A stretch of 64,000 nt of DNA from the NCBI GenBank assembly GCA_026770705.1, contig JANJGN010000021.1:105152001-105216000 (forward strand). Direction: 5' to 3'. Both the position numbers and the translations under genes were made by a program. Of the stretch, positions 49,186 to 63,600 are shown piece after piece; position 1 is the stretch's first letter; the number at the start of each line of letters is the position of its first letter. The notes beneath the pieces were generated by a model. That model had not been told where the DNA came from. It did no database searches and saw only the letters and a list, made by a program, of their open reading frames with translations. The stretch comes from Isurus oxyrinchus. Lineage: Eukaryota.

Positions 49186-50559
49186 AGTGCTCCCTCAGTA
49201 GTACACTGGAGTGCCAGCTTTATGTTTTTGTGCTCAGGTCTTTCAGTCAGACTTAAAACTTCAGAGTATCAATTTCACCTTCTGCTAGCCCCATAGACCA
49301 GATCAGCCATGAACCCTCTTGAAATATACCATCAGTCACCAGGAGTAACATTTGCGAATTGTGTGACATGACAGTTTGCTGGGCAGTGTTCCTCAGATGT
49401 TGCTTAAGGTAATTGGTATCGCACACCAGCTGAAAGTTGATAGATTTAAAAAAACTCCTTTCAATATTATTCAGGAAGTGCCGATATCAGACTTTCATTG
49501 TCACATCTATACTTTTATTCATTCCCTGATCATGTGAACAGTCTAGCAGCATATTGAATTTGATCCCGCTCCTTCTGTAGATTGGTTTGAGAAGGTGAAG
49601 AATTATTAGGCCAACCTGAAGCTAGGATTTTCTTTCTACAGGCTGCTTCCTGATGAACGTGACAAAGGTCAGAGCCAAACATGAGCAAGGTATTGGACAT
49701 ATTCGTTGATCCGGGAAATGCTGTGCCCTTAGTTAAATTGGCTCACAGCTGTTCAGCCATCAATTGTCAATAACCCACAAGTGGAAGTACATTCTTCCGA
49801 AGCACCGCTACACGATTCAACGCAGCAAAAGCTTGTCCCAGGCGCAAGCTCAAAGCAGGCATTGTCTGACACATTATGTGCTCCGCCCAATTGTCCTGTT
49901 CTGTGATCAGTGAAATTGAATAGTGGATGGAGCGTATAAGGAGCAGCCCATTTGACAATAGTGCCTTTGCTAAGCTAATATTCTATCTTTACGTCTACAA
50001 ATCCTGTAACGTAAGGACTGACTTTTGTTGAACTGAACAACATGTTTGGAACTTTATGCTACGCTTTTCTGAATTAGTTCTTCTGCCACTCCATTGCCCT
50101 TACTCCCTCAAAGAGCACAGATAGAGAGAGACTTCCGATGTGAAAAGCCCAGTCCTAAAAACATCTTTCGCTCATACGTACTAGAAACGACTTCAGAAGA
50201 CTTCCAAAATGGACCAGTGAGCCAAACAGCCCGGGCAGTCCAGGCTACCCATACATTTTGCCCAGTCTTTCAACCTGTAGAGGGCACTGTCCTGGCAGAG
50301 CGTTAACCCAACACAGGAAATGGCAGTTTTGACTGATAAACCCAAATTAATTGGCTAGAAGTCAGGTGCTATGGTCTGTCTCCGACCTTGGAAGAGACCA
50401 ACATGTCCCACTGGTCAACCAGCACCCAGCCCAAATTGGCAGCCCCCAACTAGTAAGTTGCTGATCCTCCGCAGTTCACCTGCTTCAGTGGGTGTTTGGA
50501 ACTGAGAGTCTCTGATCAACGAGTGGATGGACTCCATTGTACCAGGCAAAGAAACAAAC

Positions 50560-51790
50560 ACTAAAAAGGAGGAAGATGCCAACTTTCTGATTGACCATCG
50601 GGACCATGTGCACGGGACTGACAGGTTACTTGCAGTTGGTCAATAATATGTGCAATACATGAGTGATCGACTTGACACTTGACAAGCTGAACACTGGCGT
50701 TGTTTGCATTCAAGAAACGAAGCTTGGCAATCATTGAAGAAAAAAACATTACACATTCATCTGGCAGGGCAAGAGTTTAAAGGAAACGTGTGAACAGGAT
50801 GTAGGTTTCGCTGTAAGCAACTCGCTGCTCTGGGTGATAGAATCTTCCCCCATAGAACCCCCCCCCACCCCGCCCCACTGTCCCACCACCACCCACCCCC
50901 ACCACCCTCCCCCCAACTTCTCCCACAGGTGGTTCAGAACCTGTTCTCTGTATCCGCTTCTCAACTCAAACAGGGTCAGGAAGTTGCCATGTCGCCATCC
51001 ATCAGCATTGACAATGTAATGCTAAAGGTTGATCACAGCTTCACATAGCTAGATCTAGGCTTCACAATCACCATCAATCTGTACCTTGACGCTGGAGTCA
51101 ACAGGCGCATTGCAAAAGCTGCAGCTGTTACGTTCAAGCTGAGCAGGAGAGTGTGGAGCAACTGAAAATTGACCTAGAACACCAGACAGCGCATCTACCA
51201 AGCCTGCCTCCTCAGTGCACTCCTCCACAGTGGGAACTGGACAATATATTCTGTGCATGAGAAAAGGCTCAGCAGTTTCCACCCTCACTATCCCAGATAG
51301 ATACTCGACAACGTTTGGCAGTACGAGGTCACCAACTCAGAGATCCTGGAGCGTACTAATCCCATCAGCATACACTCATTGCTAAGTCAACAATATCTGC
51401 ATTGGCTCAGTCAAATTGGATGGATGATGGCCATATAACCAAAGATGATGAACTGATGAACTATGTGATGAACTGGCCACTGACCAACGGCCTTCCAGAC
51501 ACCCTCTGCTGCAAAGACGCCAGCAAGTGAGATATGAAGGTGATGGGCATTGACACTAACAAACGGGGAACAGTCGCTGACGGCTATGACCTCTCGAGTG
51601 GCAATGGAAAAGGAGGGGCAAACAAAAAGCTTAGCAGGCCAAGAGGAGATAACAGAGGCCAGTGAATCTGGCTCCTCTCAGCTTACTGTCTTCCTCTGTA
51701 ACAAATAAAGCAAAGGCTGTCATGCCAGAGTGAGGCTTCTGAGTCTCACTAGGCGATGTTTAGCATGCACCTGACTACCAAGATTCAAGC
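50560..51790 (+). mobile_element. Degenerate RTE-clade LINE fragments
   Basis: RTE-like C-terminal remnants (VNRRIAKAAA, IYQACLLSALL, VTNSEILER). Confidence 0.6.
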
Positions 51791-52359
51791 ATTTAACACT
51801 ACAGAAGTCTACACCCCTGTCTGAAAGGGGTAGAAGGATAACCACGGCAAAAGAAGGGTGGTCCGTGTAGCATCAGTGGCGAGGAAATGTTTAGAGACAA
51901 TTGATCCAGCATTCTGTATTAATCAGCAGAAAAGGTCTCCCTGACCATGTTTGACCTGATGCCATGAGATGTCGTGGGGTTCACAGTCGATGTTGAGGGC
52001 TTGCAGGACCAACTCGCCCACAATATGTGTCACTGTGGAGTCACCTCAGATTGGTCTGTCCTACCAGTGGCTCAGGACATATCAGGGATGGTGATGGAAG
52101 ACTGTGGAACACTAACTGTAAGGTGTGATTCTGTGAGTATGACTGTGTCAGTCTGTTGTTTGACTATGCTGTGGGAGAGCTCTCTAACTTTGAAATATCC
52201 CCAGAAGTTCGTGGGAAGAACTTTACAGAGTTTATCGGACAGGGTATGCCTTTGTCATATCCTTTGCTAAGGCAGACGAGTGCTCTGGTCCATTTTGTTT
52301 CTAAATTAGTCAAAGAGTATTTGTCTGTAATAATCAGTTGAAAGTACAAAACTCGATCA

Positions 52360-52760
52360 TTGCTGAAAAAGGGAACATGCTATTGAAGCTTTATATCTTG
52401 CACTCAGCTGGACAAATGCAAGAATGCAAAATTTTAAAGACAGCAACGATCCGCACTGCATGGTTGGAAAGTCGACTCTGATTGGTTGAGATGCTGTCAG
52501 TAAGAATGCACCAGAGAACTATTGTGCCCCATGCTTCTGTTTAATCCAAAACAAAATGCACAGAGACCAGACATGTTCCTTTTGCCTGCAGAGGACAGGT
52601 CCCTGCATATGGATATATGTAGCCTCTAGCAAGTGCAAGTGTTTCACATTGGGAGCCTGACTAATAATCTCAAATGGTTGATGGTGTGATTCTTAAGATA
52701 CTTGGGATTGTTTAGCAAGGATTGTCCAATCACAGCATTAGACATTATGTCCGGAGGTTC
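52360..52760. mobile_element. Non-autonomous repeat of the same family as 61030-61655
   Basis: Shares TTGCTGAAAAA.G..ACATGCT.T.GAAGCTTT...CTTGCACT and the internal body. Confidence 0.6.
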
Positions 52761-52984
52761 GCACCCGTGAAGTTGAGTATGGTCAGTGCTCTGCATGTTG
52801 CAAACAGCCAAAGGGATGTGCTATTTGATGCAATCTGCGTCAGAGATTGGGTCGTATGGTCTGTGTACCTGGCATCACAACAGCAGTGAAACAAATCTGT
52901 ATTGATTTTCAAATACCACGGACATGCGGCTATTTTTCAAATATCAATTACTTTGGTTCCAGATTTTTGACCAGCAATTTTTTC

Positions 52985-54088
52985 TTTTGTTCATGGGATG
53001 TGGGTGTCGCTGGCTCGCTGAGCATTTATTGCCCTTCTCTAATTGCTCTTGAAAAGGTGGTGATGAGCACCCTTCTTGAACTGCTGCTGCCCATGTGGGG
53101 TAGGTACACCCACAGCGCTGTTAGGGAGGGAGTTCCTGGATTTTGACCCAGCGTCAGGGAAGTGTCAGTGATATATTTCCAAGTCAGGATGCTGTGTGGC
53201 TGGAAGTGGAACTTTTAGGTGGCAGTGTTCCCATTTGACAACTGACCTTATCCTCTTAGATGAGAAGCTGTCTTGGGTCTGGAAGCTGCTGTCAAAGGAG
53301 CCTTGGTGAGTTCCTGCCATGCATTGTGTAGACAGTACACACTGCTGCTACTGTGTGCCGGTAGTGGAAGGAGTGAATGTTTGAGGATGGAGTGCCAATA
53401 AAGTGGGCTGCTTTGTCCTGGATGGTGTCAAGTTTCTTGTGTGTTGTTGGAGCTGCACTCATTCAGGAAATTGGAGAGTTTTCAATCACACTCCTGACTT
53501 GTGCCTTGTAGATGGTGGATGGGCTTTGGGGAGTCAGGGCGTGAGTTACTTACCACAGGATTCCTTGCCTCTGACCTGCTCTTGTAGCCATAGTATTTAC
53601 ATGGCGAGTCTAGTTCAGTTTCTGATCAAAGGTAACCACGAAGATGTTGATAGTGGGGGATTCAGGGATGGTAACACAATTGAACATCAAGGGGTGATGG
53701 TTGGATTCTATTGTGTTGGAGATGGTCATTGCCTGGCACTTGTGTGGTGCATTTGATACTTGCCGCTTGTCAGCTCGAGCCTGAATATTGTCCGGGTCTT
53801 GCTACATTTGGACATGGACTGCTTCAGTATCTGAGGAGTCGTAGATAGTGCTGAATATTGTGCAATTATCAGCGAACATCCCCACTTCTGACTTATGATG
53901 GAAGGAAGGTAATTGCTGAAGCAGCTGAAAATATTTGGACCTCGGACACTACGCTGAGGAACTCCTGCAGTGATGTCCTCGAACTGAGATGATTGACCTC
54001 CAGCAACCACAATCATCTTCCTTTGTACTCTGTCTGAATGCAACCAGTGGAGAGTTTCCCCAGGATTCCCATTGATTCCAGTTTTACT
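52985..54088 (-). mobile_element. LINE family B fragment, resuming at about 58450 after the CR1 insertion
   Basis: GVPQRSVRGPNIF RT motif. The sequence continues as CTTTGATGCCATATTCGGTCAAATG at 58451. Confidence 0.8.
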
Positions 54089-57000
54089 CACAGAATCACA
54101 GATTTACAGAGCAGAAGAGGCCCTTCGGCAGATCGAATCTGCCCTGACACGTGAGAAACACCTGACCTACCTACCTAATCCAATTTACCAGCACTTGGCC
54201 CATAGCCTTGAATGGTATGACGTGCCAAGTGCTCATCCAGATACTTGTTAAAGGATGTGAGGCAACCCCCCTCCACCACGCTCCCAGGCAGCACATTCCA
54301 GACTGTCACCACCCTCTGGGTAAAAAGGTTTTTCCTCACATTCCCCTAAACTTCCTGCCCTTCACCTTAAAATTATGCCCCCTTTTGACTGACGCTTCAA
54401 CTAAGGGGGACACCTGCTCCCTATCTACCCTGTCCATGCCCCTCATAATCTTGTGCACATCGATCAGGTCGCTCCTCAGTCTTCTCTGCTCCAACAAAAA
54501 CAACCTAAGTCTATCCAAACTCTCTCCATAGCTTAAATGTTTCATCCCAGGCAACAGCGTGGTGAATCTCCTCTGCACCCCCTCCAGTGCAATCACATCC
54601 TTCCTATAATGTGGCGACCAGAACTGCACACAGTACTCCAGCTGTGGCCTCACAAAGGTTCTGAACAACTCCAACGTGACCTCCCTACTTTTGTAATCTA
54701 TGCCTCGATTGCTAAAGGCAAGTGCCCCATATGCCTTTTTCACCATCCTTCTAACATGCCTCTCTGCCTTCAGAGTTCTATGGACACACACACCAAGGTC
54801 CCTTTGTTCATCAGAACTTCTGAGTGTTATGCCGTTCATTGAATACTTCCTTGTCAAATTACTCCTTCCAAAATGTATCACCTCACACTTTTCAGGGTTA
54901 AATTCCATCTGCCACTTATTTGCCCATTTGACCATCCTGCCTATGTCTTCCTGTAGCCCAAGATACTCAACCTCACTTTTAACCGCCCGGCCAATCTTTG
55001 TGTCATCCGCAAACTTACTAATCCTACCCCCCCCCTCCCCACATAATCATCTATGTCGTTTATACAAATGACAAATAATAGGTGACCGACCACAGATCCC
55101 TCTGGTATGCCACTGGACACTGGGTTCCAGTCACTAAAGCATCCTTCTGTCATCACCCTCTGCCTCCTACAACTAAGCCAATTTTGAATCCACCTTATCA
55201 AATTACCCTGTATCCCATGTGCATTTGCCTTCTTTATAAGTCTCCCATGTGGGTTCTTGTCAAAGGCTTTGCTGAAATCCATATAAACTACATCAACTGC
55301 ACTACCCTCATCTACACACCTGGTCACCTCCTCAAAAACTTCAATCAAATTTGTTAGGCATGACCTCCCTCTGACAAAGCCATACTGACTCTCTCTGATC
55401 AAACCTTGCCTCTCCAAGTGGAGATAGATACAGTTCTTCAGAACTTACTCCAATAGTTTCCCTACCACTGACGTGAGACTCACTGGTCTGTAGTTCCCTG
55501 CCTTATCTCTACAACCCTTCTTAAATAGCGGAACCACATTAGCTGTTCACCAGTCCTCTGGCACCTCCCCCCTGGCCAGAGAGGAATTAAAAATTTGGGT
55601 CAGAGCCCCTGTGATCTACTCTCTTGCCTCCCTCAGCAGCCTGGGACACAAATCATCTGGACCTGGAGATTTGTCCACTTTTAAGCCTGCCAACACCTCC
55701 AATACCTTGTCACTCCCTATATCAATTTGTTTAAGAACCTCACAGTCTTTCTCCCAGAGTTCCATACCTTCATTCTCATTCTCTTGGGTGAAGACAGATG
55801 TAAAGTATTCAATCAACACTCTAGCGATGTCCTGTGGCTCCTCCCAGAGGTTGTTGCCCCCTTGGTCCCTTATGGGCCCTAATCTTTCCCTGGTTATCCT
55901 TTTCCCATTGATATACTTATAGAATATCTTGGGATTTTCCCTAATTTTACCAACCACAGCTTTCTCATATCCCCTGTTTGCTCTCCTAATTGTTTTCTTA
56001 AGCTCCACTCTGCACTTTCTGTACTCCACAAATGCCTCTGCTGATTTGCTTCCCTTGGACCTGCTAAAAGCCTTTCTTTTCCTTCTTATCATAATCGGAA
56101 TATCTCTCATCATCCATTGATCTCTGGGCTTGTAACTTCTTCCTATCACCCTTGAGGGAACATATTGAGCCTGTAACCTCCCCATTTCCTTTTTGAATAC
56201 CTCCCACTGTTCCTCTGTAGATTTCCCCAAAAGTAACTGTTCCCAGTCTACCTGGGTCAGATCCTGTCGTATTTTACTAAAATCGACTCTCCCCCAATCC
56301 AAAATATTTTTCTGCGGCTTGTTGATTTCTTTGTTCATAATAAATTTAAACTGTACCATGTTGTGGTCGCTATCACTAACATGTTCGCCCACCACCACCT
56401 CAGCCACCTGTCCAGCTTCATTCTCCAGAATTAGGTCCAGCACTGCGCCATCCCTTGTTGGACCCTCTGCATACTGACCTAAAAAGTTCTCCAGTACACA
56501 TTTCAAGAAATCCACTCCATCCAAGCCCTTAATATTATGTCTATCCCAATTAATTTTGGGAAAGTCGAAATCACCTAATATAATTAACCTGTTATTATTT
56601 TTACACACCTCCATAAAGTGTGCACATATTTGCTCCTCAATTTCCCGCTGACTATCTGGGAGTCTATAATAAACGTCCAACAATGTGGCTCCCCTTTTTT
56701 ATTCCTAAGCTCTACCCACAAAGCTTCATTCTATGTCCCCTCCAAGATATCATCTCTCCTTACTGCAGTAACGGACTCCTTAACTAATCATGAAATGCCT
56801 CCTCCTCTTGAACCCCCTCCCCTTTCTCGCTTGAAGATTCTGTATACTGGAATGTTGAGCTGCCAATCCTGCCCTTCCCTTAATCACGTCTCAGTGATGG
56901 CTACGATATCATAATTCCATGTATCAATTCTCACCCTTAACTCATCCGTTTTACCTGTAATACTCCTGGCATTTAAGCCTTGCCTTACTCCCTTGAAGCT

Positions 57001-58450
57001 TAATGCAGCTGTACTCTGTCTGACTTGATCGTTTTGCTGTATTATGATGTGTCCCTATCCCACTATCATTCTGTGCCCCTCCCCCTGCCGAATTAGTTTA
57101 AACTCCTCCCAACAGCACTAGCAAACCCGCCCACAAGGATGTTAGTCCTGCTCTCTTTCAGATGTAGACCGCCCCACTTTTACAGGTCCCAACTTCCCCA
57201 GAAACTATCCCACTGATCCAGGAATCTAAAACCGTCCCCCCTGCAACAACTCTTAAGCCACATATTGATCTGTGCTATTCTCCTATTTCTGAGCTCACTA
57301 CCACTTGGCACCTGAGAAATCCAGAGATTATAACCCAAGAGGTCTTGCTTTTTAGTCTACTGCCTAACTCCCTGAATTCTTGATGAACGACCTCATCCCT
57401 CTTTCTACCTATGTCATTGGCACCAAAATGTACCATGACCTCTGCATTAACACCCTCCCCCTTCAGGATGCCCTGCAACCGTTCAGTGACATCCCAGACC
57501 CTGGCACCAGGGTGGTAACATACCATCCTGAAGTCACATGGCCGGCCACAATAGCGCCTATCTGTTCCTCTGACTATGGAATCCCCTATAACTATTGCTC
57601 TTCCTCTCTTCCTTCCCTCCTGTGCAGACAGGCTGCTTGTGGTGCCAGAGCTTGGCTCTGTCCGCACTCCCTGGAGGTACCAGCGCCCTCATCAGTCTCC
57701 AAAATGGAATATCGATTTGCGAGTGGGACCCCAGGGGACTCCTGAACTACCTGCTAGTTTCTCTTGGACTGCCTGGTGGTCACCCATTCCCTTCATTTCT
57801 CAAGTCCCTTCATCTTCACCGTGACCAACTCTCCAAATGTGCTATCCACGATGCTCTCAGACTTGCAGATGCACCACAGTGACCCAAGCCACCGTTCCAG
57901 CTCTGAACTCCAAGTTTCCAGGAGCTGCAGCTGGTCACAGTTTCTGCACACATGCTGGTCCCGAGCGCTGGAAATGCCCCTGGCTTCCCACATGGAGCAC
58001 GAAGAGCACACCATGGCTTTGAGTGCTTCTGCCATGACTTGTCCCTTTAAATTAAACCTTTTAAGTCAATTACTCTAGGGCCTTTCTTTCCTGATCCTCG
58101 TTACTGTGAAATATACAAACTGTAAACCACAAAAAGACCTTAAACTATAAGCAATTAAAGTAGTAAATACCTTACCTACGACTTACCAGTGATTCCTTTT
58201 CCTTGTAACCTCTACTGCTGCAGCACACTCTGAAGATTTCAGAAGTTGGATACCAAAGAAAAAATGCAAAGAGCAGCTCGTACCCTATGCATTGAATTCC
58301 CACTTTGCACCAAATTGCCGATACCCACTCTGGCTGTGTCCCACTCAGGATGTGCTCTCTCTCCTGTTTGTGTGTGAGTACACTGTATGTAGTGTGCTTC
58401 TAGATGGTCCCTTTCTTAAATAGAGCTGAGTTGACTCACCACTAGTTAAG
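54089..58450 (-). mobile_element. Near-full-length, relatively young CR1 LINE
   Basis: ORF1 (57275-58035: CSSCSMWE...CRNC, IVIGDSIVRG); long ORF2 pieces of 355, 158 and 199 aa; (ATTCTGTG)-type 3' tail at 54089. Confidence 0.92.
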
Positions 58451-58974
58451 CTTTGATGCCATATTCGGTCAAATGTGTCCTTGATGTTACTGGCAGTCAC
58501 CCTCATCAGCATTACCATTGCTGAATTCACCACCATCAACATTCTGGGCATTACCATTGTCCAGAAACTTAAGAGAACCAGCCATATAAATACAGTTGCT
58601 ACGATAGCAAATCTGAGAAGGAGAATTCTGTGGCGACCCTCACGAGCCTATGCACCACCTGCCAAGCACAAATAAGGAGGGTGAAGGGATACGCAATGCT
58701 CCCCTGGATGAGTGTGCAGAGCAACCAACACTCAAGTGGTTCGACAGAGTCCAGGACAAGCCTGTGGACTTGATTGGTACCTCACCCCCCACCTTAAACA
58801 TTATTTGTTTACTTAAGATGTGATGTGTGCACTGCTGAAATGTTCAGCTTTTATTTCCCATTCACTATTGTCTATGAGGTCTGCTGAGCTCCCTTATTGA
58901 ACTATTTGAACCTTATTTGATGTGCCGACACACCTACCATGCTGTTAGGGATTTCAAGCCAGTTGCAACTTTGG

Positions 58975-59320
58975 GGAGAGAGTGGCATTGTCGTAATATC
59001 ACTGCCAAATTAAATTAAATTCAAATTAATAAAAATCTGCCTTTGTAAACTAGTCTTAGTAATAGTGACCGCGACAACTATCATCGATTGTAGGGGGAAA
59101 AAAATCTGGTTCATTCATGTCCTTTAGGGAAGGAAATCCGCCGTCCTTACCTGGTCTGGCCTACGTGTGACTCCAGATCCACAGAAATGTGGTTGACTCT
59201 TCACGGCCCGTGAGATGGCCTTGCAAGCCACTCGGTTCAAGGACAATTAGGGTTGGTCAACAAATGCTGGCTTTGCCAGTGATGCCCACATCCCATGAAA
59301 TAATCAATTTAAAAAAAGGA
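58975..59320 (+). mobile_element. SINE with a 3' tail shared with LINE family B
   Basis: Ends GGACAATTAGGGTTGGTCAACAAATGCTGGCTTTGCCAGTGATGCCCACATCCCATGAA plus an A-rich tail, matching the LINE-B ends. Confidence 0.75.
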
Positions 59321-61029
59321 AAATGAAAGTTTGCTCAAATATCTCCAAGTTAGGATAGTGTGTGATTTAAAAAGGAACCTGCAGGCTGTGGTGTTCCTAT
59401 GAATCTCCTTTATTCCTCTGGGGCCGAGAGGCAGAAATGGCGGACGTGAAGATCTGCCCGAGTTTTGACGGCAACAAGGCCCTTTTAAATGTTCATGTAT
59501 TTTTTCGGTCTATGGGCGCGGTTTAGTCGTCTGTTCTCTGAAACCCGATTGCTGCTACAAACAGCCTGTAAAAGGTCGGGCCTTCATTTTTCCGGCAGGT
59601 TTACTCCTCTCCCCCTCATCAACAAATACACACCCCACCCCTTGACCAACTCTCAACCAACACCCCTCCCCTCCTCCCAACCCCCAACCCCATTCAACCA
59701 CCTCCCCCTCAACCCCGTGCTCAATAATTCTCCAGCCAGCTCCATCTGGTCAACCCCTCACCTTTCCCCACCTTCTCTCCCTCATCAACGTTTAAAAACC
59801 CTCACTTCAATGTTCACTCTGGGTTCACTCTGAGCCAATCAAATGGGGTCACACCGGGAAACAATTTGGGAATGAAACACTGCTGGATATATTCTGTTAC
59901 TTGTCCCGTATGAACTCATGCCGTAGGCTTAAAGACCGAGTTAAATCTTAAATTAACCAAGGCACGTATTTGCGATAATAATACATGGTGTGTGCTCCTC
60001 CTGGCCTGAGCACAGCCTAGTGCCTTCCTCACTCCAGAATCTAATGCGACATCAAATCTCTCTTAACTGGCCTTAAGTTGAATTTACGCAATCGTGATAC
60101 AGGTACTTATTATAGTTACTAAGCGGTTATCGCTGCCCAAAAAATCACCCTTCATTCAGTCCTTCTAAACTTATTATCACAGGAGAACCTTACGCATAAT
60201 TATGTGTACAGTTCATTAGAGCATTTATTTCTAATACGGAGACTATTTTAACGCCTTCATGGTCACTAACGGGAAATGCTTCCGCCCTCACACCACAAAA
60301 TGTTCTCTCCGTAGTTACATCAATGGTTATGAAAGAGCCGCGTTGGTTTGCCACAAGATGGAGTTCTAAATATTTCTGCTATTTTCGACCGCACTGCCTT
60401 GACTGATGAAGGCCACACGCAATATCTCGCGCGATCCCAGCCCACTCCTACATCGCAGTAAGGACGTTTTCGTAGTTTAGGATTTTTCCGCTCGACACGG
60501 CATCATGAACAATAAGCAAAACAAAGTCCGGGGCAATTAGGAATGGGCAATAAATGCTGGCCGTGACACTACCACCGACATTCACAGGATGAATTTTGAA
60601 AAATCAAGGCATCTGGTTTACCTGGAAAAGGGCAGAATCCCTGAACATGGGGACAGGAGGATGCCATTCAATCCCTTGATCCTTTTCCGCCATTGCTCCA
60701 TGACGGATCTATGATCTAATTTCACTTGGCAATCGTTGCCCAACATCCCTTAATGCCTTTGACTAACAGCAAAAAACTAGCAACGCTAGCTTTAACATTA
60801 ACGATCGACACAACAAAGTTTGTGGAAGAGATTCAGAATTTAATCTTTGTAAAAGTAGTCCACGAAAATTCATCCAGAACAACATGCAATAAAATGTGCT
60901 TTCTCCTTTACAGACACTATCAGTAACAGCTGTGACGCGTGACATGACACCAGTAGCCTTACAAAACCATGCGTCCACCTTTAATTCCACAGGCTTGTGA
61001 TTCCACAGGCTTGGTGGTACATAACTTGA

Positions 61030-61655
61030 GTATTGCTGAAAAAAGAGACATGCTGTCGAAGCTTTTCACCTTGCACTTATCGGAGCACATTCGCAAGAAT
61101 ACCAAATCTCAAAGGGAACAACAATTTACACTGAATGAGAAGAGCGTGCTGATTGGGTGTCTAGTGGAGTCTGATTGGTAGCGGCATTGTCATGGGGAAC
61201 GAACCTGGGGACAGTTAACTGCTAAGCTTTTTTTTAAATTCAACCCAGGCAAATCGACTCTGATTGGTCAAAGTTTTGACATGGGGAATGAAGCAGGGAA
61301 TGGCAGCCCCCAAGCTTTCACTTATTTGAAAAACGCACAATGTGTGGCCATGTTTTCCCTGTTAACAAAGGACAGGGCTCTGTGTGTGAACATATGTAGC
61401 TTCTAGCATGCATAAGTGAGCCAAACTGCAAGCCACACTAATAATCTTAAATTAGTTGTTAGTGCAAATCGTTTAGCTCAGTAAGTGTTGTTCCATCACA
61501 GAATGATCTATAATGTTGGGTACTATGTTCTGAGTTTTTCAAGCAGGTGCTGGTTGAGTACAACTCTTCTTTTGAAATTCTGTATTCTTGAGAATTTGTC
61601 CTCGTGAGCGATAGCTGAAAAGCTTTGACAGCATGTCTCCTTTCTCAGCAAGACT
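61030..61655. mobile_element. Element with ~100-bp inverted ends carrying degenerate hammerhead-like cores (probably Penelope-derived)
   Basis: Left end GCTGAAAAAAGAGACATGCTGTCGAAGCTTTTCA; right end TGAAAAGCTTTGACAGCATGTCTCCTTTCTCAGC. Confidence 0.6.
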
Positions 61656-62139
61656 AATTTCATAGGCTTGTTCATATATTGAAAATAATTAATAACCATG
61701 GGACGAAAATAGTGCAATTATTACCTATAGCTTAAAAAAATCACCTTACATAAATCATGGAAACTATTTTACATCTGGCAAGACTCCCACTGCGTAGACA
61801 GTTGTACCACCATTGTGGCCCCTGTGCTTATTGATAGACATTGATGAACTGGGCTTGGGTATACAGGATATAATTTCAAAGTCTGCAGCTGGCAGCAAAT
61901 TTGGAATTGTGGGAAAAGGTGAGCAGGATAGACCGGGTGAATTGTTCATTTTCAATCTGATAGTAATAGCTTTTTGTTCAACAAATTGAAGGAGATGGCG
62001 CAAAGCTGGAGGCATGGAATTAGATCATAATCATTAGCAGTGACCTCACTGAATGGAAATACAGGCTGGAAAATCAGAATTGCCTCCTCATTATCTTATC
62101 TTTCAATTCAGAGATCCTTCCCCCTTTTCATAGATAGGC

Positions 62140-63600
62140 TAGTGAAAATAGACAGACATCTGGGGGTTGCAATTTAATGCAGGGAGTAATTAAGTGGTGC
62201 ATTTTGATAAAAAGGCTGAAGAAAGGCAATATAAACTAAATGTTATAATTGTTAAGGGGGTGCAGAAACAGGGGGACCTGGGGATTTACATAATCAAATC
62301 AATGATGGTGACAGGACAAATTGAGAATCCATTTAAAAAAAAAACATAAGGGACCCATGGCTGCATGAATAGCTGAGCAGTGTAACAAAACAAGGAGATT
62401 GCGTGAAACATTTATCAATCACTGGTTTAGACCTCAGCTGGAGTATTGTGCTGAATTATGAGCAGCACATTTTAGGAACAATGTAAAGGCCTTTGACTAG
62501 CTGCAGAGAAGATTTACATGAACATTTGGATAGGAGGCTTCCATTACTGAGAGAATCTAGTGATGTTGATGTTGTTCTCCTTAGGGGCAAGAGGAATGCA
62601 ATATAAAAGTATGGAAGCTTTCCTACAGTTGTACAGAACATCAGTGAGGCCACATTAGGAATATTGAGTACAGGTTTGGTCTCCTTGTTGGAAAAAAGGG
62701 TGCCATGCATCAGAGGCAATGCAGAAAAGGTTCACTCGACTCATTCCTGGGATGAATGGCTTATCATATGAAGAAAGGGTGAACAGGTTGGGCCTATACC
62801 CACTGGAGTTTAGAAGAATGAGAGGTGATCCTATTGAAATCATAAGACCCTGATTGCCTTGATATTGTAGATGCTGGGAGGATGTCTCTACTGGTGGGGG
62901 AGACTAGAACTAGGGGATGCGGTTTCAGAATAAGACTTGTCCCTTTTCAGACAGGGATTAGGAGATTTTTTCTCTCTCAAAGGGTCGTAACTCTATGGAG
63001 TTCTCTTCCCCAGAAAGCAGTTGAGGCGAGGTCATTGAATTTATTCAAGACTTGTGATAGACAAGGGAGTCAAGGATCATGGGGGGCAGGCAGAATAGTG
63101 GAGATGAGATGAAAACCCGGTCAATCATACTGTTATTGAATGGTTGAACAGGCTGGAAGGGCCGAATGGCGCACTCCTGCTCTTAAGTCCCATGTTCCTC
63201 AGACCAGAGACAACTATGCGAAGGTTTAATCAAGATGTTAGAAATCTTGAAATGTTTCAGTAACATAAATGAGTAGAAACTGTTTCCAGTGTCACAATGG
63301 TCGGTAATCAGTGGAAATAGATTTGAGGTAATTGGCAAAAGAACCAGAGGCCAGATGGGGATAATTTATTTTATGGAGTGAGTTGTTATCATGTGGAATG
63401 CATTATTTGGAACCGTGTTGAAAGTGGATTCAGAAATAAATTTCAGAAGAATTGGATTAGTACTTGAATAGAAAATTGCATGGATAGGGGGAAAACAGAA
63501 AGCTCTGCGACCAACTGTATAAATTTTTCATAGTGCTGGAACAGTCACAATAGATTGAATGGCCTCCTCCTGGGCTGTATCATTCCATGATACCGTCAGA
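62140..63600 (+). mobile_element. Cluster of degenerate CR1 3' fragments
   Basis: Repeated CR1 C-terminal and 3' UTR motifs (EAMQKRFTRLIPGM...SYEER). Confidence 0.7.

Noticed and set aside
54336-56683. Long RT/endonuclease ORFs as an active retroelement or a prokaryote-type RT system
   Set aside because: This is ordinary CR1 ORF2 broken by frameshifts and stops, in a eukaryotic context.
59400-60500. CpG-richer, unique-looking stretch as the gene B promoter or first exon
   Set aside because: No defensible exon or promoter signal; it could equally be an old non-autonomous transposon, like 41300-42000.
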